Source of the DNA: Candidatus Omnitrophota bacterium
Lineage (GTDB): Bacteria > Omnitrophota > Gorgyraeia > Gygaellales > Profunditerraquicolaceae
DNA: 64,000 nt
NCBI GenBank assembly: GCA_023247825.1
Contig: JAHFFR010000001.1
Span: forward strand, 23,009-87,008
Direction: 5' to 3'
The notes beneath the pieces were generated by a model. The model was not told the DNA's origin, did no database searches, and saw only the letters and a program-made list of their open reading frames with translations. The stretch's first letter is position 1; the number at the start of each line of letters is the position of its first letter. The translations under genes and the position numbers were made by a program. Positions 1 through 9,492 of this stretch are shown here, in pieces.

Positions 1-902
1 TCCGAACCGATAGAGCCCGCTGCCCCGGTGATTAGAACCTTTTTATCTTTCAGGTATTTAGCTATCTCGCACTCATCAATAGTTACAGTCTCCCTGCCTA
101 AAAGATCTTCAGGCCTTACCTCTCTTAAGCTAATCTTTAACTCTCCGCTTATGATCTTAGCCAAGCCCGGGACAATCTTCAACTTGATATTAGGCACTTT
201 GCAACAGGCGATTAAATCCCTGATTACCTCGCCTTTTGCCGAAGGAATAGCTAAAACAATCTCCTTTACATTATAATCCTTAGTAACCTTAGATATAGCG
301 AGCCTATCCCCTAAAATCCTCACCCCCTGGATAGTCCCATTCTGTTTTGCCTTATCATCATCGATAAAACCAACCACCTCTCCTAATGTGGGATTACGCC
401 TGTATTCTTTCAAAAGCAATATCCCCGCCTCTCCGGCTCCAACGATAAGCACATTAACCTGCTCATTTTTTAAAAGCGCTCCATGATACCTTTCCCTAAT
501 AATACGAGTTAAAAAACGTATTCCCCCTATAAAAAATACACAAATAATAAAATCGTTTATAAATATGAATCTGGGGACAATAGTTGCTCCAAATATAAAA
601 ATAGTGCCGGGAATAAAAACTACTGTAGCAACTATGTTAGCTTTTATTATTTGTTTAAGGTCATAAATACTTACATACCTCCAAAGGCCGTGAAATAAAC
701 CAAAATAATAAAAAACCGAAAGTTTGATAAGAACCAAAAACGGCAAAGTCTTAATAAAAACCTTAAAATAATCAACGGGCAGATTGAAATCAAAACGAAG
801 CACAAAAGACAGATAGTAAGATAAGGACACCAAAAATAAATTAATAAACAAGATAAGCGGGCGACGGTATTTTAACATAAACGCTTTATAAACTTTTTCC
901 AT
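1..902 (-). CDS. CapD/WbpM/PglF-type membrane-bound UDP-GlcNAc 4,6-dehydratase (5' part; runs off the left edge)
   Basis: Absent from the ORF track; read manually from ATG at 902: MEKVYKAFMLKYRRPLILFINLFL..., hydrophobic N-terminal segments, VLIVGAGEAG, and VLITGAAGSIGS at the window edge. Confidence 0.9.
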   Translation of the reverse strand, partial: MEKVYKAFMLKYRRPLILFINLFLVSLSYYLSFVLRFDFNLPVDYFKVFIKTLPFLVLIKLSVFYYFGLFHGLWRYVSIYDLKQIIKANIVATVVFIPGTIFIFGATIVPRFIFINDFIICVFFIGGIRFLTRIIRERYHGALLKNEQVNVLIVGAGEAGILLLKEYRRNPTLGEVVGFIDDDKAKQNGTIQGVRILGDRLAISKVTKDYNVKEIVLAIPSAKGEVIRDLIACCKVPNIKLKIVPGLAKIISGELKISLREVRPEDLLGRETVTIDECEIAKYLKDKKVLITGAAGSIGS

Positions 903-908
903 GGTTTT

Positions 909-1472
909 CTAGTGCGCTACCCCTTCTCTCTTTACGACCTTAAGCACTGTGACCATTATAATTTTTGCATCCAGAAGTAAACTCTTATTTTTTAAATAAT
1001 ACTCATCAAATTCAACCTTAACCGGGATAGGCAATTCATCCCGACCGTTAATCTGGGCCCATCCGGTAACTCCCGGGGTAAGAGTATGCACATTCTTTTT
1101 AGCCCTTAATTCTACCAAATCATCCTGGTTGAACAACGCCGGCCTGGGGCCTACAAATGTCATATCACCTGACACTATGTTAAATAATTGCGGCAGTTCG
1201 TCTAAACTGAATTTACGCAAAAAATAACCGACGGGCGTAATATACCGATCCGCGTCTTTAAAAAGATGCGTGGCAACTGCCGGGGTATCCGCACGCATCG
1301 TGCGAAATTTGCACATTTTAAATATCTTATTATTCTTTCCAACGCGGTCTGACCAGTATAACACCTGGCCGGGAGAGGTCAATTTAATAATTACCGCAAG
1401 CACAATTAACGGTAAGCTTAAGCAAACCAATAGCAAAACTGCAACAATTAAATCAAGAATACGCTTTATCAA
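909..1472 (-). CDS. Small monotopic phosphoglycosyl transferase (PglC/WreU-like initiating sugar transferase)
   Basis: KRILDL, KFRTM, SLDELPQLFN, VGPRP and PGVTGWAQINGR motifs; AGGAGG Shine-Dalgarno at 1483-1488. Confidence 0.92.
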   Translation of the reverse strand: MIKRILDLIVAVLLLVCLSLPLIVLAVIIKLTSPGQVLYWSDRVGKNNKIFKMCKFRTMRADTPAVATHLFKDADRYITPVGYFLRKFSLDELPQLFNIVSGDMTFVGPRPALFNQDDLVELRAKKNVHTLTPGVTGWAQINGRDELPIPVKVEFDEYYLKNKSLLLDAKIIMVTVLKVVKREGVAH

Positions 1473-1535
1473 ATATAACAGGCCTCCTTAAATGTACGCC
1501 TTATTATAATAATATGTCAAAAACTGATATCAAGG

Positions 1536-2987
1536 CTAATCTTTCCCTTCCATCTTGCTTAAAATTCCGGTTACGTAGCCGAAGGCCCTTTTGGGATTAT
1601 CGGGGGCTTTCTGCCCGACTATTTTAAAAGCCTCATCCACTTTAGCCGCGCCATAAATGTTAATAAACTTAGCGGTTTGCTCAATCACGCTTAAATCATA
1701 ACCTTTAAAAACCACAAAAGAATAGTCCCTGCTCTTGGTTATTAATTCTCTGCCATAACTATCCTCAAGGCGTCTTAAACCATGCTCAAATTCGCGCATA
1801 TCATATAACCCTAAGAAAACTATTGTTGGCGGCATCCTATCCTCGTACCCTTGATCAATCGAGCCATACCTGACATTAATTATATTGAAATCCCTCAACG
1901 CTTTCATTCCCGCGTAAAGCGCGTTTCTGTTTACTCCATATTTTTCGCTAATCTGGGGGCGAGAAAGCATCCATTCCGGAGGATACAGTTTAGGCCCTAT
2001 TTCGGCTAAATTAACCAAAAGACAGGCCTTAGCAGCCATATTCAATCTATTTGCCCAGCCATAATCCCAATAGGACAGAGGAATATTAAAGCTTTCCCCT
2101 TCTGCATTTTTTAACAACTTTATTTTAATTGGCTGATTGAATTGAGTATCTATTTCAACTAATTTGTATAGCCTGCTTAAACCCCGAAGCTGGCGGTTTA
2201 TCTCCTTGCGGTAAATCAGCCGATCCATATCTTTTAGCAATCCTAAACTATCAGCCAATGCTTCGTAATTTGTATCAACCGCGCCTTTGGCATTACCGTC
2301 ATAATCCCTTAAAAGTAAAAGCCAGATGTCAAAACCTCTTTCATTGTGCCTGCGGAGCATTTCTGGAACAACCCCGTTTTTTCCCATTGCCCAACAGGGA
2401 ATTTTAACACTTAAGCCCTCCTCTAATTCAGGCCCTGAGAGTTTAATCTTCGAAAAATCATCCAAAAGCCGCCTGGCGAGATCAAAAGAGTTAATTAAAA
2501 ACGATACTTCATTATTTAAGGAGAGCGAGGCATCAGACCAGTTGTGGCTGCCGGAAATAATAATCCTTTGATCAATCACAATGGCTTTAGTATGGGTGTA
2601 GGCCTGGACGCTGTCAAAACAAACGTCAATCCCCTTTTCTTTAAGAAATTTAAAGGCTTCAAAATTGGGCGCGCCGGAAGCAAGGCCGGAACCACTCCTT
2701 TGGTAGTCCAAGATAACCTTAACGTTTACACCGCGAAGCTTAGCTTTGACAAGTTCGTCGATTAGTTGAGAAACTTTTGAATTTTTATCTTCTTTGTTGA
2801 AGCTGATCAAATACATCACTATAAAGATGGATTTCTTAGCCTGAGAAATTGCCTCTTGCGCGGCGGGGAAATACTCTTGGTTGTTAAGGCGAACAACATC
2901 GGCCGGGAGACAAAATGCTTGGGTTGCAACCAGAAGGAGGAAAAGGCAAATTAGAGCTTTATGTATTTTGTTTTTTCTGATGGACAA
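1536..2987 (-). CDS. PLD/Nuc-like nuclease-domain protein with N-terminal signal peptide and C-terminal wHTH/DnaD-like region
   Basis: Signal-like N-terminus (basic, hydrophobic, AFC); single HKD motif HTKAIVID followed by GSHNWS; C-terminal LSRPQISEKYGVNRNALYAGMKAL (HTH-like) and FGYVTGIL (DnaD-like). Confidence 0.75.
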   Translation of the reverse strand: MSIRKNKIHKALICLFLLLVATQAFCLPADVVRLNNQEYFPAAQEAISQAKKSIFIVMYLISFNKEDKNSKVSQLIDELVKAKLRGVNVKVILDYQRSGSGLASGAPNFEAFKFLKEKGIDVCFDSVQAYTHTKAIVIDQRIIISGSHNWSDASLSLNNEVSFLINSFDLARRLLDDFSKIKLSGPELEEGLSVKIPCWAMGKNGVVPEMLRRHNERGFDIWLLLLRDYDGNAKGAVDTNYEALADSLGLLKDMDRLIYRKEINRQLRGLSRLYKLVEIDTQFNQPIKIKLLKNAEGESFNIPLSYWDYGWANRLNMAAKACLLVNLAEIGPKLYPPEWMLSRPQISEKYGVNRNALYAGMKALRDFNIINVRYGSIDQGYEDRMPPTIVFLGLYDMREFEHGLRRLEDSYGRELITKSRDYSFVVFKGYDLSVIEQTAKFINIYGAAKVDEAFKIVGQKAPDNPKRAFGYVTGILSKMEGKD

Positions 2988-3099
2988 TTTTAATTAGTCC
3001 TCTAGCTTAATGGTTATGCTTTTTAAACCGACAGGGAATTCTTTCTTCCTTCTGCCATGTGGAACCTCCTGTTTATGAGAATCTTATATCTAAATTTAG

Positions 3100-3414
3100 T
3101 TAATACGCTTTAACCGTCTCTCTTATTCCTTCCTCCATGGTAAAAGGCGGTTTCCAGCCCAATAAATTGTGGATTTTACTGCTATCAACAAGCAGAGTCC
3201 CTGTTAATTTTTCCACCTCTTCGCCCTTGCCTGCAATCTTACACAGCACCTTTAGAATGCCAGGATGTAAAGAAAATAGAAACGCCTTCTTCTTCATTGC
3301 AGAAGCGATCATCCTTATCAAATCTGGAGTAGAAATATCCTGCCCATCACTTACTAAGAAAGTCTCCCCTGCCGCTTTTGGGTGCTGGACGCAAGTTATA
3401 ATAGCATCAACCAA
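3100..3414 (-). pseudogene. Duplicated 3' third of the epimerase gene 4800..5738
   Basis: Translation matches the C-terminus of 4800..5738 except for the last residues (ETVKAY versus ETVVYD); no Rossmann N-terminus. Confidence 0.9.
3112..3414. repeat. 303-bp perfect direct repeat, copy 1
   Basis: Identical by eye to 4812..5114 (offset 1700 bp). Confidence 0.95.
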
Positions 3415-4723
3415 CTTCGGCCAAAAGCCATTTCCAGAGAGGCACTATTTTCACCGTATGACCGTTCAACTTTTCTTCGCCTTCCGTTGCGTCCGTGACG
3501 ATAGTCGCATCTGTAATGTTCAAATCTTTCATGCCTTTATGAAGGCTGCGCAACTCTCGATTCCTTGTCTTTTCATCCTGCATATTCCAGCAGACTTGAA
3601 TTAAGCTCGTTACTTTCAAGCCTTCCTTGATAACGAAATCAACCTCGCTGTGATGGATATCTTTCCAATAAAACAGCTCAATATTCGGATTTAAATTTTG
3701 TTTCCGTTTGAGCGCCACAAAAACAACATTCTCGGCGAGTCTCCCATAATTCTCCGAAAATCTAAAACCAACAGCATTGCATAAACCGGTATCAATCGCG
3801 TAAATTTTGCGCGGACTTTTTTCCTGTTCTTTAACCTTGAATGAAAATCGTTTTAATGAAAAAACTAGATACGCCTGCTCAAGATATCCGGTATAGCTCT
3901 TGACGCTGGTTATCGACATATCAAGTGAACGTTCTATTGATTTAAATGTAGAAGGCGCGGAGATATTAGAAAGGTAATACTTCACAATGGTTCTTAAGTC
4001 CTGAGCTTTCTTTATCTTGAATCTTCGTAAAAGATCTTTAGTTATTACATCCTCAAAATAGCTTAATAAAATCTCTTTTTTCTGCTCTGACAGAACGACT
4101 TCGGGGAATGAACCATATTCAATGTATTTTCGTAAAGCTCCTTTTATTTCCGATTCCCTTCCGATTAACCCCAGCTTGCCGGTCAACGAGATATTATTAA
4201 AAGAAAGAAATTCCCCGAACGATAACGGAAAGACCTCCATATCAAGATGCCTGCCGGTAAGCAATGTTCCAAGTTCCCGGCTTAAGAGGAGCGCGTTTGA
4301 ACCAGATATAATTATTTTTGCCTTTGAAAGCTCATGCATCATCCTAACCCATTTCTCGAAGCCTTCTATTTCCTGTATTTCATCAATGAATAAGATCGGA
4401 GTGTTTTGGGCAGATATGTATTCGCGGTAAGTCTCAAAAATCTTGCTTAAAAGCGAAACTCCCGACTCAGTAAACCGCGGATCCTCAAAATTGACATGCA
4501 TTATATCCTTTGAATTATACCCACTATTGATCAGCCTCTTTATCATTTGACGTATGATAAATGATTTGCCTGCGCGCCTCGGGCCCATTATAGTAATAAC
4601 TTGGTTAGACGAAAAAAGGGATTCAAGTTTCGAAATATAGATAGGCCTTGAAACGCCTATTTTCTGGTCTCGATTCCAAAAATTCCAATCATCAAGTATC
4701 TGAATTATCTCATTTTTTGTCAT
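3407..4723 (-). CDS. AAA+ ATPase (AAA_14 + DUF4143 type)
   Basis: Walker A GPRRAGKS, Walker B FIDEIQ, SGSNA, LLTGR, KIYAIDTGL, C-terminal EVDFVI...LIQV. Confidence 0.9.
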   Translation of the reverse strand: MTKNEIIQILDDWNFWNRDQKIGVSRPIYISKLESLFSSNQVITIMGPRRAGKSFIIRQMIKRLINSGYNSKDIMHVNFEDPRFTESGVSLLSKIFETYREYISAQNTPILFIDEIQEIEGFEKWVRMMHELSKAKIIISGSNALLLSRELGTLLTGRHLDMEVFPLSFGEFLSFNNISLTGKLGLIGRESEIKGALRKYIEYGSFPEVVLSEQKKEILLSYFEDVITKDLLRRFKIKKAQDLRTIVKYYLSNISAPSTFKSIERSLDMSITSVKSYTGYLEQAYLVFSLKRFSFKVKEQEKSPRKIYAIDTGLCNAVGFRFSENYGRLAENVVFVALKRKQNLNPNIELFYWKDIHHSEVDFVIKEGLKVTSLIQVCWNMQDEKTRNRELRSLHKGMKDLNITDATIVTDATEGEEKLNGHTVKIVPLWKWLLAEVG

Positions 4724-4774
4724 TTATCACCTCACTATGTAACAAGATTTCTAAATCCTATTATTTACATAGTA

Positions 4775-4803
4775 AATATACACCAAAATTACCGTTTTGT
4801 CAA
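4775..4803 (-). promoter_or_regulatory. sigma70-type promoter for the AAA ATPase
   Basis: TTGACA (4803-4798), 17-bp spacer, TATATT (4780-4775); GAGGTG Shine-Dalgarno before ATG 4723. Confidence 0.6.
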
Positions 4804-5738
4804 TCATATACAACCGTCTCTCTTATTCCTTCCTCCATGGTAAAAGGCGGTTTCCAGCCCAATAAATTGTGGATTTTACTGCTATCAACAAGCAGAGTCC
4901 CTGTTAATTTTTCCACCTCTTCGCCCTTGCCTGCAATCTTACACAGCACCTTTAGAATGCCAGGATGTAAAGAAAATAGAAACGCCTTCTTCTTCATTGC
5001 AGAAGCGATCATCCTTATCAAATCTGGAGTAGAAATATCCTGCCCATCACTTACTAAGAAAGTCTCCCCTGCCGCTTTTGGGTGCTGGACGCAAGTTATA
5101 ATAGCATCAACCAAATTACCAAGATAAATAAAACTGCGCCGATTATTAATATCCTTGAACGGCAAAGGCAAGCCAGAACCAACAAGTTTAATCAAACTCT
5201 TAAAATTAGCCTTTACTCCCGGTCCATAAACCAAAGGCAGCCGTAAAATTACTGTCTGAAGGCCGGTTTCGGCAGCTATTCGAGACAATACCCGCTCTGC
5301 CTCCATCTTGCTGATACCATAAACATCCTGAGGTTCAGGAAGATCATCTTCGGTATACGACCAAGAAGCTCCTTCGCCATTTATTTTGACCGAACTGATA
5401 AAAATGAACCTTTTGACTCCTGCTTTTGCGGCCATTTGCGCCAATCGTTCGCTCCCCATAATATTAACTTTCCGGAAAGCATTAAGAGGATTAGACGCTG
5501 AATCATTCATAACATGGACTCGTGCCGCCAAATGAATAACCGTATCAACACCAACTAATGCCTCTTGCCAATCAGTTTGAGGGCCGATATCACCAATTTC
5601 AACTGTTTTGCAATTAATAGGCAATCTAATATCTATATTATGCCGCACCGCTGCGCGCAGATTAAAACCATAATCACTCAAGGTTTCACATAATGCCCTT
5701 CCAATAAAACCTGTCGCACCGGTAATTAATATCTTCAT
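4800..5738 (-). CDS. NAD-dependent epimerase/4-reductase (WbpV/WreQ-like; probable UDP-QuiNAc/FucNAc synthesis)
   Basis: GATGFIG, HLAARVHVM, YGISK, RLPLVYGPGVKANF; lies near the CapD-like and PglC-like genes. Confidence 0.85.
   Translation of the reverse strand: MKILITGATGFIGRALCETLSDYGFNLRAAVRHNIDIRLPINCKTVEIGDIGPQTDWQEALVGVDTVIHLAARVHVMNDSASNPLNAFRKVNIMGSERLAQMAAKAGVKRFIFISSVKINGEGASWSYTEDDLPEPQDVYGISKMEAERVLSRIAAETGLQTVILRLPLVYGPGVKANFKSLIKLVGSGLPLPFKDINNRRSFIYLGNLVDAIITCVQHPKAAGETFLVSDGQDISTPDLIRMIASAMKKKAFLFSLHPGILKVLCKIAGKGEEVEKLTGTLLVDSSKIHNLLGWKPPFTMEEGIRETVVYD
4812..5114. repeat. 303-bp perfect direct repeat, copy 2 (inside the intact epimerase gene)
   Basis: Identical to 3112..3414. 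Confidence 0.95.
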
Positions 5739-5805
5739 AATCTGTATTTAACGTCCAGCGTTTTGACAATTAGGTTTTTCAGCGGATTGGTTGGCGGCTT
5801 GGCCG

Positions 5806-6987
5806 TCAGCGCAACCATGTATATATATCAGAGGCATTATTCGGTGGCTGTTTGATAACCTTATCCCAGAGTTCCCTATCCAATACCGCCCACATTTTTT
5901 TAAATTCTTCGTTTAACATATCCAATGTTTCCGGAATCACGGTAATCTGTTGTACTGGGCTCGAGAAAAGCGCCCGGGCAAAATTGCCATTTTGAATAAA
6001 GCCCATTGTAAGCAATGGTTCGGATAAAGAATTAAGGAGAAGAAATGGTTTGGAACCGAAAAGCGCCATGCTGCCGGGCCCGGAAGCCGCTCCCATATGT
6101 ATGGCCGCGCCATTGATCAGGGCCAGATCCTGTTCAACGCCCGCGCGAAAGTCTTTTGTCATGAGCACATTTGAGCAGCGCTTGAAACGTTCGTCCATTT
6201 CGGATTCCGCTCCGATGATGATGAATTTAACCGGATATTGCTCTTTGCATACGGTAAAGAATTCAAGCCAGACATCATAATTAGAATTACGGCCTGGGTT
6301 AACTTTATTCTTTCGCAATTGAACTGTTACCGGAAGAAAAGGAAAGACATGTTTGTGCATAAAATCAGAGGCCCAAGAAAGCATATTGGGCCTTGGATTC
6401 AAAGCGGGGAGCCGGTTATTTTTTTGGTAATACTCAGCAAGGAGTTCGTGATAAATACGATAGATCAGGTACTCCCGGGAAAAATACGTTCCTGCCGACG
6501 GCCAAACCAGATATCGGTCCATATTGTCCGCCACAAAACGTTCCAGATGGTCATGGCTATTAAACAGGAATAGAGAGCCAAGGCGCGAGTTCATCTGCGC
6601 TACGGGAAGAATCAAAGCCAGGTGAAAAAGGTAATTATCTTCGGTGATACCGGACAGGACAGGATCAGGAGCGGCGGGGCGAGCAGGGTTGTAGACCAAC
6701 GCAAAATCGACGGCCGCACAATTATTTTTCTCGAGCAAAACAAGGCCGGCTTCCTGAAAAGTAAGAATGTCGCCGACACTATAGGGCTGGCTTGTCAGGT
6801 CATAAATCATCAGGACACGCCGATCTTCTTTCCGGACGACACAAAAAATACTATGCGGTAAGGCAAAAAACCAGGCAAATATGCCTATAATTCTGTATAT
6901 GGGACTTCTAACCGCGCGAAATACGGCCGCACACGGAGGAGAAGTATTTCTTAATCTTTTAGCGATATTCCACAAACGCCGCCACAT
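5806..6987 (-). CDS. Hypothetical protein, possibly a divergent GT-B (GT9-like) glycosyltransferase
   Basis: 393-aa ORF; GDIL near the N-terminus and DLALINGAAIHMGAASGP resembling the GT9-like C-terminal motif. Confidence 0.5.
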   Translation of the reverse strand: MWRRLWNIAKRLRNTSPPCAAVFRAVRSPIYRIIGIFAWFFALPHSIFCVVRKEDRRVLMIYDLTSQPYSVGDILTFQEAGLVLLEKNNCAAVDFALVYNPARPAAPDPVLSGITEDNYLFHLALILPVAQMNSRLGSLFLFNSHDHLERFVADNMDRYLVWPSAGTYFSREYLIYRIYHELLAEYYQKNNRLPALNPRPNMLSWASDFMHKHVFPFLPVTVQLRKNKVNPGRNSNYDVWLEFFTVCKEQYPVKFIIIGAESEMDERFKRCSNVLMTKDFRAGVEQDLALINGAAIHMGAASGPGSMALFGSKPFLLLNSLSEPLLTMGFIQNGNFARALFSSPVQQITVIPETLDMLNEEFKKMWAVLDRELWDKVIKQPPNNASDIYTWLR

Positions 6988-7048
6988 AAATCCCCCTCAT
7001 TATTTTAAAATATTATAATATATTCTACCATCACCTTTATAATACTAT

Positions 7049-8419
7049 CTACCCTTTTAAATTACTGTGCCAGCTTATTCTGCAGTATTGCCAAGTTACA
7101 AATACCAGAGGAATTATTATAATGTTTACAATCAAATATCCCATGGCGACCCCGGCAGCTGAATAATATTTTCCCAGAATAATTGTTAACCCTCCGATAA
7201 GCGCTCCTGCCATAACCGATAAGAATACGAGTGGTTCTTTTTTATGCGCACGCAAATATCCTGACGCGGGAAGCGATACGCTTACAATAATCTGCGCCAA
7301 TAAAAAAATAGCTACCGTTAATGGTGGTAGAAACCTTACGGCAAATTTACTATGAAAATTATATAGCAAAAAAATACCAAACCAAATCGATAAACCTAAA
7401 ATTACAGAAACAATTAAAACAACCCTTGTCATCTTAAAGAATAGCTTATCCAGTGTTTCGTAATCTTTCTTAGCGATAAGCATTCCGAATCTAGGAATTT
7501 TTGGCGCAAGCCAGGCACTCGATATCCAAATAACAATCCCTACCAAATTCCATGTCATTCCCATTTGCCCTGCGACGACTGACCCGTGGAATTTGAATAA
7601 TACCGGCGTAAATAACGAAAAAACAAAATATCCACCAACCCAAGAGACAGCTATCCTCCATTGCATTGGGAAGATATCCTTATACCATTTAATCCGCGGC
7701 CCTTTCGCATTAAGAAAAAACAGGCTTCTGAAAAAATACCAATATTTGTATTTTATGAAGAATAGGCCGCACGCCAGAAACATTATACTTGAAACAGAAA
7801 GCGCAAAAAGCCCTGCCCCGGATAAGATTGCAATCCAAATAGATAAGTTTACCAGTAATCCTTGCCAAAACTTAAAAAAATATAATTCTGCAAGTTGATT
7901 GCACCCTTCCAGCAGCGACCATATCGGGGCCAGGCAAAGATTTATACCAGTTAAAAAACATAAGCTAAACCATGGAAATACCCAACTGATACCGGATTTT
8001 TGTGATTCTAAAAAGAATACATACCCGCCTATTCCTAAAAAAAGAATTAGGAAGGCCGCGCCGACTGCATACCATCTTAAAGACAACCGTGCTAAACTAC
8101 CCAGCCTTGACAGCGCTTCTTCACTGCCCGCTATAAAACCTTTTTCTGTAATACTAAGGCGCGACCATTCATGGCTTGCAAATTGAATGATTACAACTCC
8201 AAGGCCTAGCTCCACAAAAACCTGTAGCGCAAGAAGCGTGCTGAAGGTATAGTAATACCCCTGTAATTCAGGCGAAAATTTGATAATGATAAGTATAATC
8301 GTAATGGGGCCTGTGATGATCAACCATGCTTTCGATAAGATACTAAAAAATGCGGGCCGATCAACTTCAATCTTCCGCAAATTATTCTTAATAAAATTTC
8401 TCGCCTCGGATATTTTCAT
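7049..8419 (-). CDS. wzx: Wzx-type O-unit flippase
   Basis: About 12 hydrophobic segments; QGYYYTF..L..QVFVELGL and WRIAVSW typical of a Wzx subfamily. Confidence 0.8.
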   Translation of the reverse strand: MKISEARNFIKNNLRKIEVDRPAFFSILSKAWLIITGPITIILIIIKFSPELQGYYYTFSTLLALQVFVELGLGVVIIQFASHEWSRLSITEKGFIAGSEEALSRLGSLARLSLRWYAVGAAFLILFLGIGGYVFFLESQKSGISWVFPWFSLCFLTGINLCLAPIWSLLEGCNQLAELYFFKFWQGLLVNLSIWIAILSGAGLFALSVSSIMFLACGLFFIKYKYWYFFRSLFFLNAKGPRIKWYKDIFPMQWRIAVSWVGGYFVFSLFTPVLFKFHGSVVAGQMGMTWNLVGIVIWISSAWLAPKIPRFGMLIAKKDYETLDKLFFKMTRVVLIVSVILGLSIWFGIFLLYNFHSKFAVRFLPPLTVAIFLLAQIIVSVSLPASGYLRAHKKEPLVFLSVMAGALIGGLTIILGKYYSAAGVAMGYLIVNIIIIPLVFVTWQYCRISWHSNLKG

Positions 8420-9477
8420 TTCTTAAACCTTTGACTTGGGCCCATATTTATTAATATGCGGCCCCCTGTTCCCTTCTTTAGCTTATTCAGCGCCTTATTG
8501 ATATTTGACAAACTACACATATCGCCGATAAGCTCGCCGATTTTTAATTTTCCGGATAAATATAAATCCGCATACATCGGTATATCAATATCGGGGTTTG
8601 TTCCGCCACCCCAAGCGCCTACGATCCCTTTACCTTTTATCAAATTAAAGGGGTCAATCGATATTTTATCTCCCTGCGGCAAATTACCCGTTATTATACA
8701 AAGCCCGCCTTTATCGCGGACTGACTGAAAAGCGGCTTCCATCATCGCCCTACTTCCCGAACATTCAACCGCATAATCAACGCCCTTACCTGCCGTAATT
8801 TCCATTATACAAGATAAAACGCCGCCTTTCTTAGCGTTTATTATATCTGTAGCACCAAGTTGCCGGGCCTTTTCAAGTTTATACTCAAACTTATCAACCC
8901 CGATAATACTGGGAACACCTATCATCCGCGCAGCCAATAAAGCGCTCAACCCAATACCACCCAATCCAAAAATAGCTATACTGTTGGCATATCCTTTTTT
9001 TATTGCTTTAATCACAATACCTGCGCCGGTTGGAATAGCGCATCCGAACAATGCGGCTTCCTTTAAAGGTATGCCGTCAGGAATTCTGACTACGCGATTT
9101 TCAGAAACTACCGCTTTCGTCAAAAATGTTGAGATAGCTCCTGAATTAACAATGCCACCATTGCCTTTTAAGTATTGGCAGGATGGGACATCTATTCCGG
9201 AGCCTTTTAACCATGTTAATACCACAAGATCGCCAACTTTAACTTTTTTTACACTTTCGCCAATCGCCGCTACTACACCCGACCCCTCATGCCCAAGAGT
9301 ATGCGGCAAAAACCTATCCTCCCCTTTCAATCCACCGATTTCATTCAACTGTGAATGACAAATGCCGCTATAAGCTATTTTTACCAATACCTGGCCATGT
9401 TTCAGCTCTGGAACTGTCAGCTCCTCGATGCGTAAAGGATTATTTATTTTCTCTAATACAGCCGCTAAAGTTTTCAT
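8416..9477 (-). CDS. Zn-dependent alcohol dehydrogenase (MDR family)
   Basis: GICHSQ, LGHEGSG, GCAIPTG, GLGGIG. Confidence 0.9.
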   Translation of the reverse strand: MKTLAAVLEKINNPLRIEELTVPELKHGQVLVKIAYSGICHSQLNEIGGLKGEDRFLPHTLGHEGSGVVAAIGESVKKVKVGDLVVLTWLKGSGIDVPSCQYLKGNGGIVNSGAISTFLTKAVVSENRVVRIPDGIPLKEAALFGCAIPTGAGIVIKAIKKGYANSIAIFGLGGIGLSALLAARMIGVPSIIGVDKFEYKLEKARQLGATDIINAKKGGVLSCIMEITAGKGVDYAVECSGSRAMMEAAFQSVRDKGGLCIITGNLPQGDKISIDPFNLIKGKGIVGAWGGGTNPDIDIPMYADLYLSGKLKIGELIGDMCSLSNINKALNKLKKGTGGRILINMGPSQRFKK

Positions 9478-9492
9478 TTCATTTACCTATCT

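Noticed and set aside
1491-1520. TTGACA-18-TACATT promoter before the sugar transferase
   Set aside because: The predicted transcription start would fall within the Shine-Dalgarno, and the spacing is suboptimal
3112-5114. 303-bp repeat as a diversity-generating retroelement TR/VR pair
   Set aside because: The copies are identical with no adenine-specific mismatches, and there is no reverse transcriptase in the window
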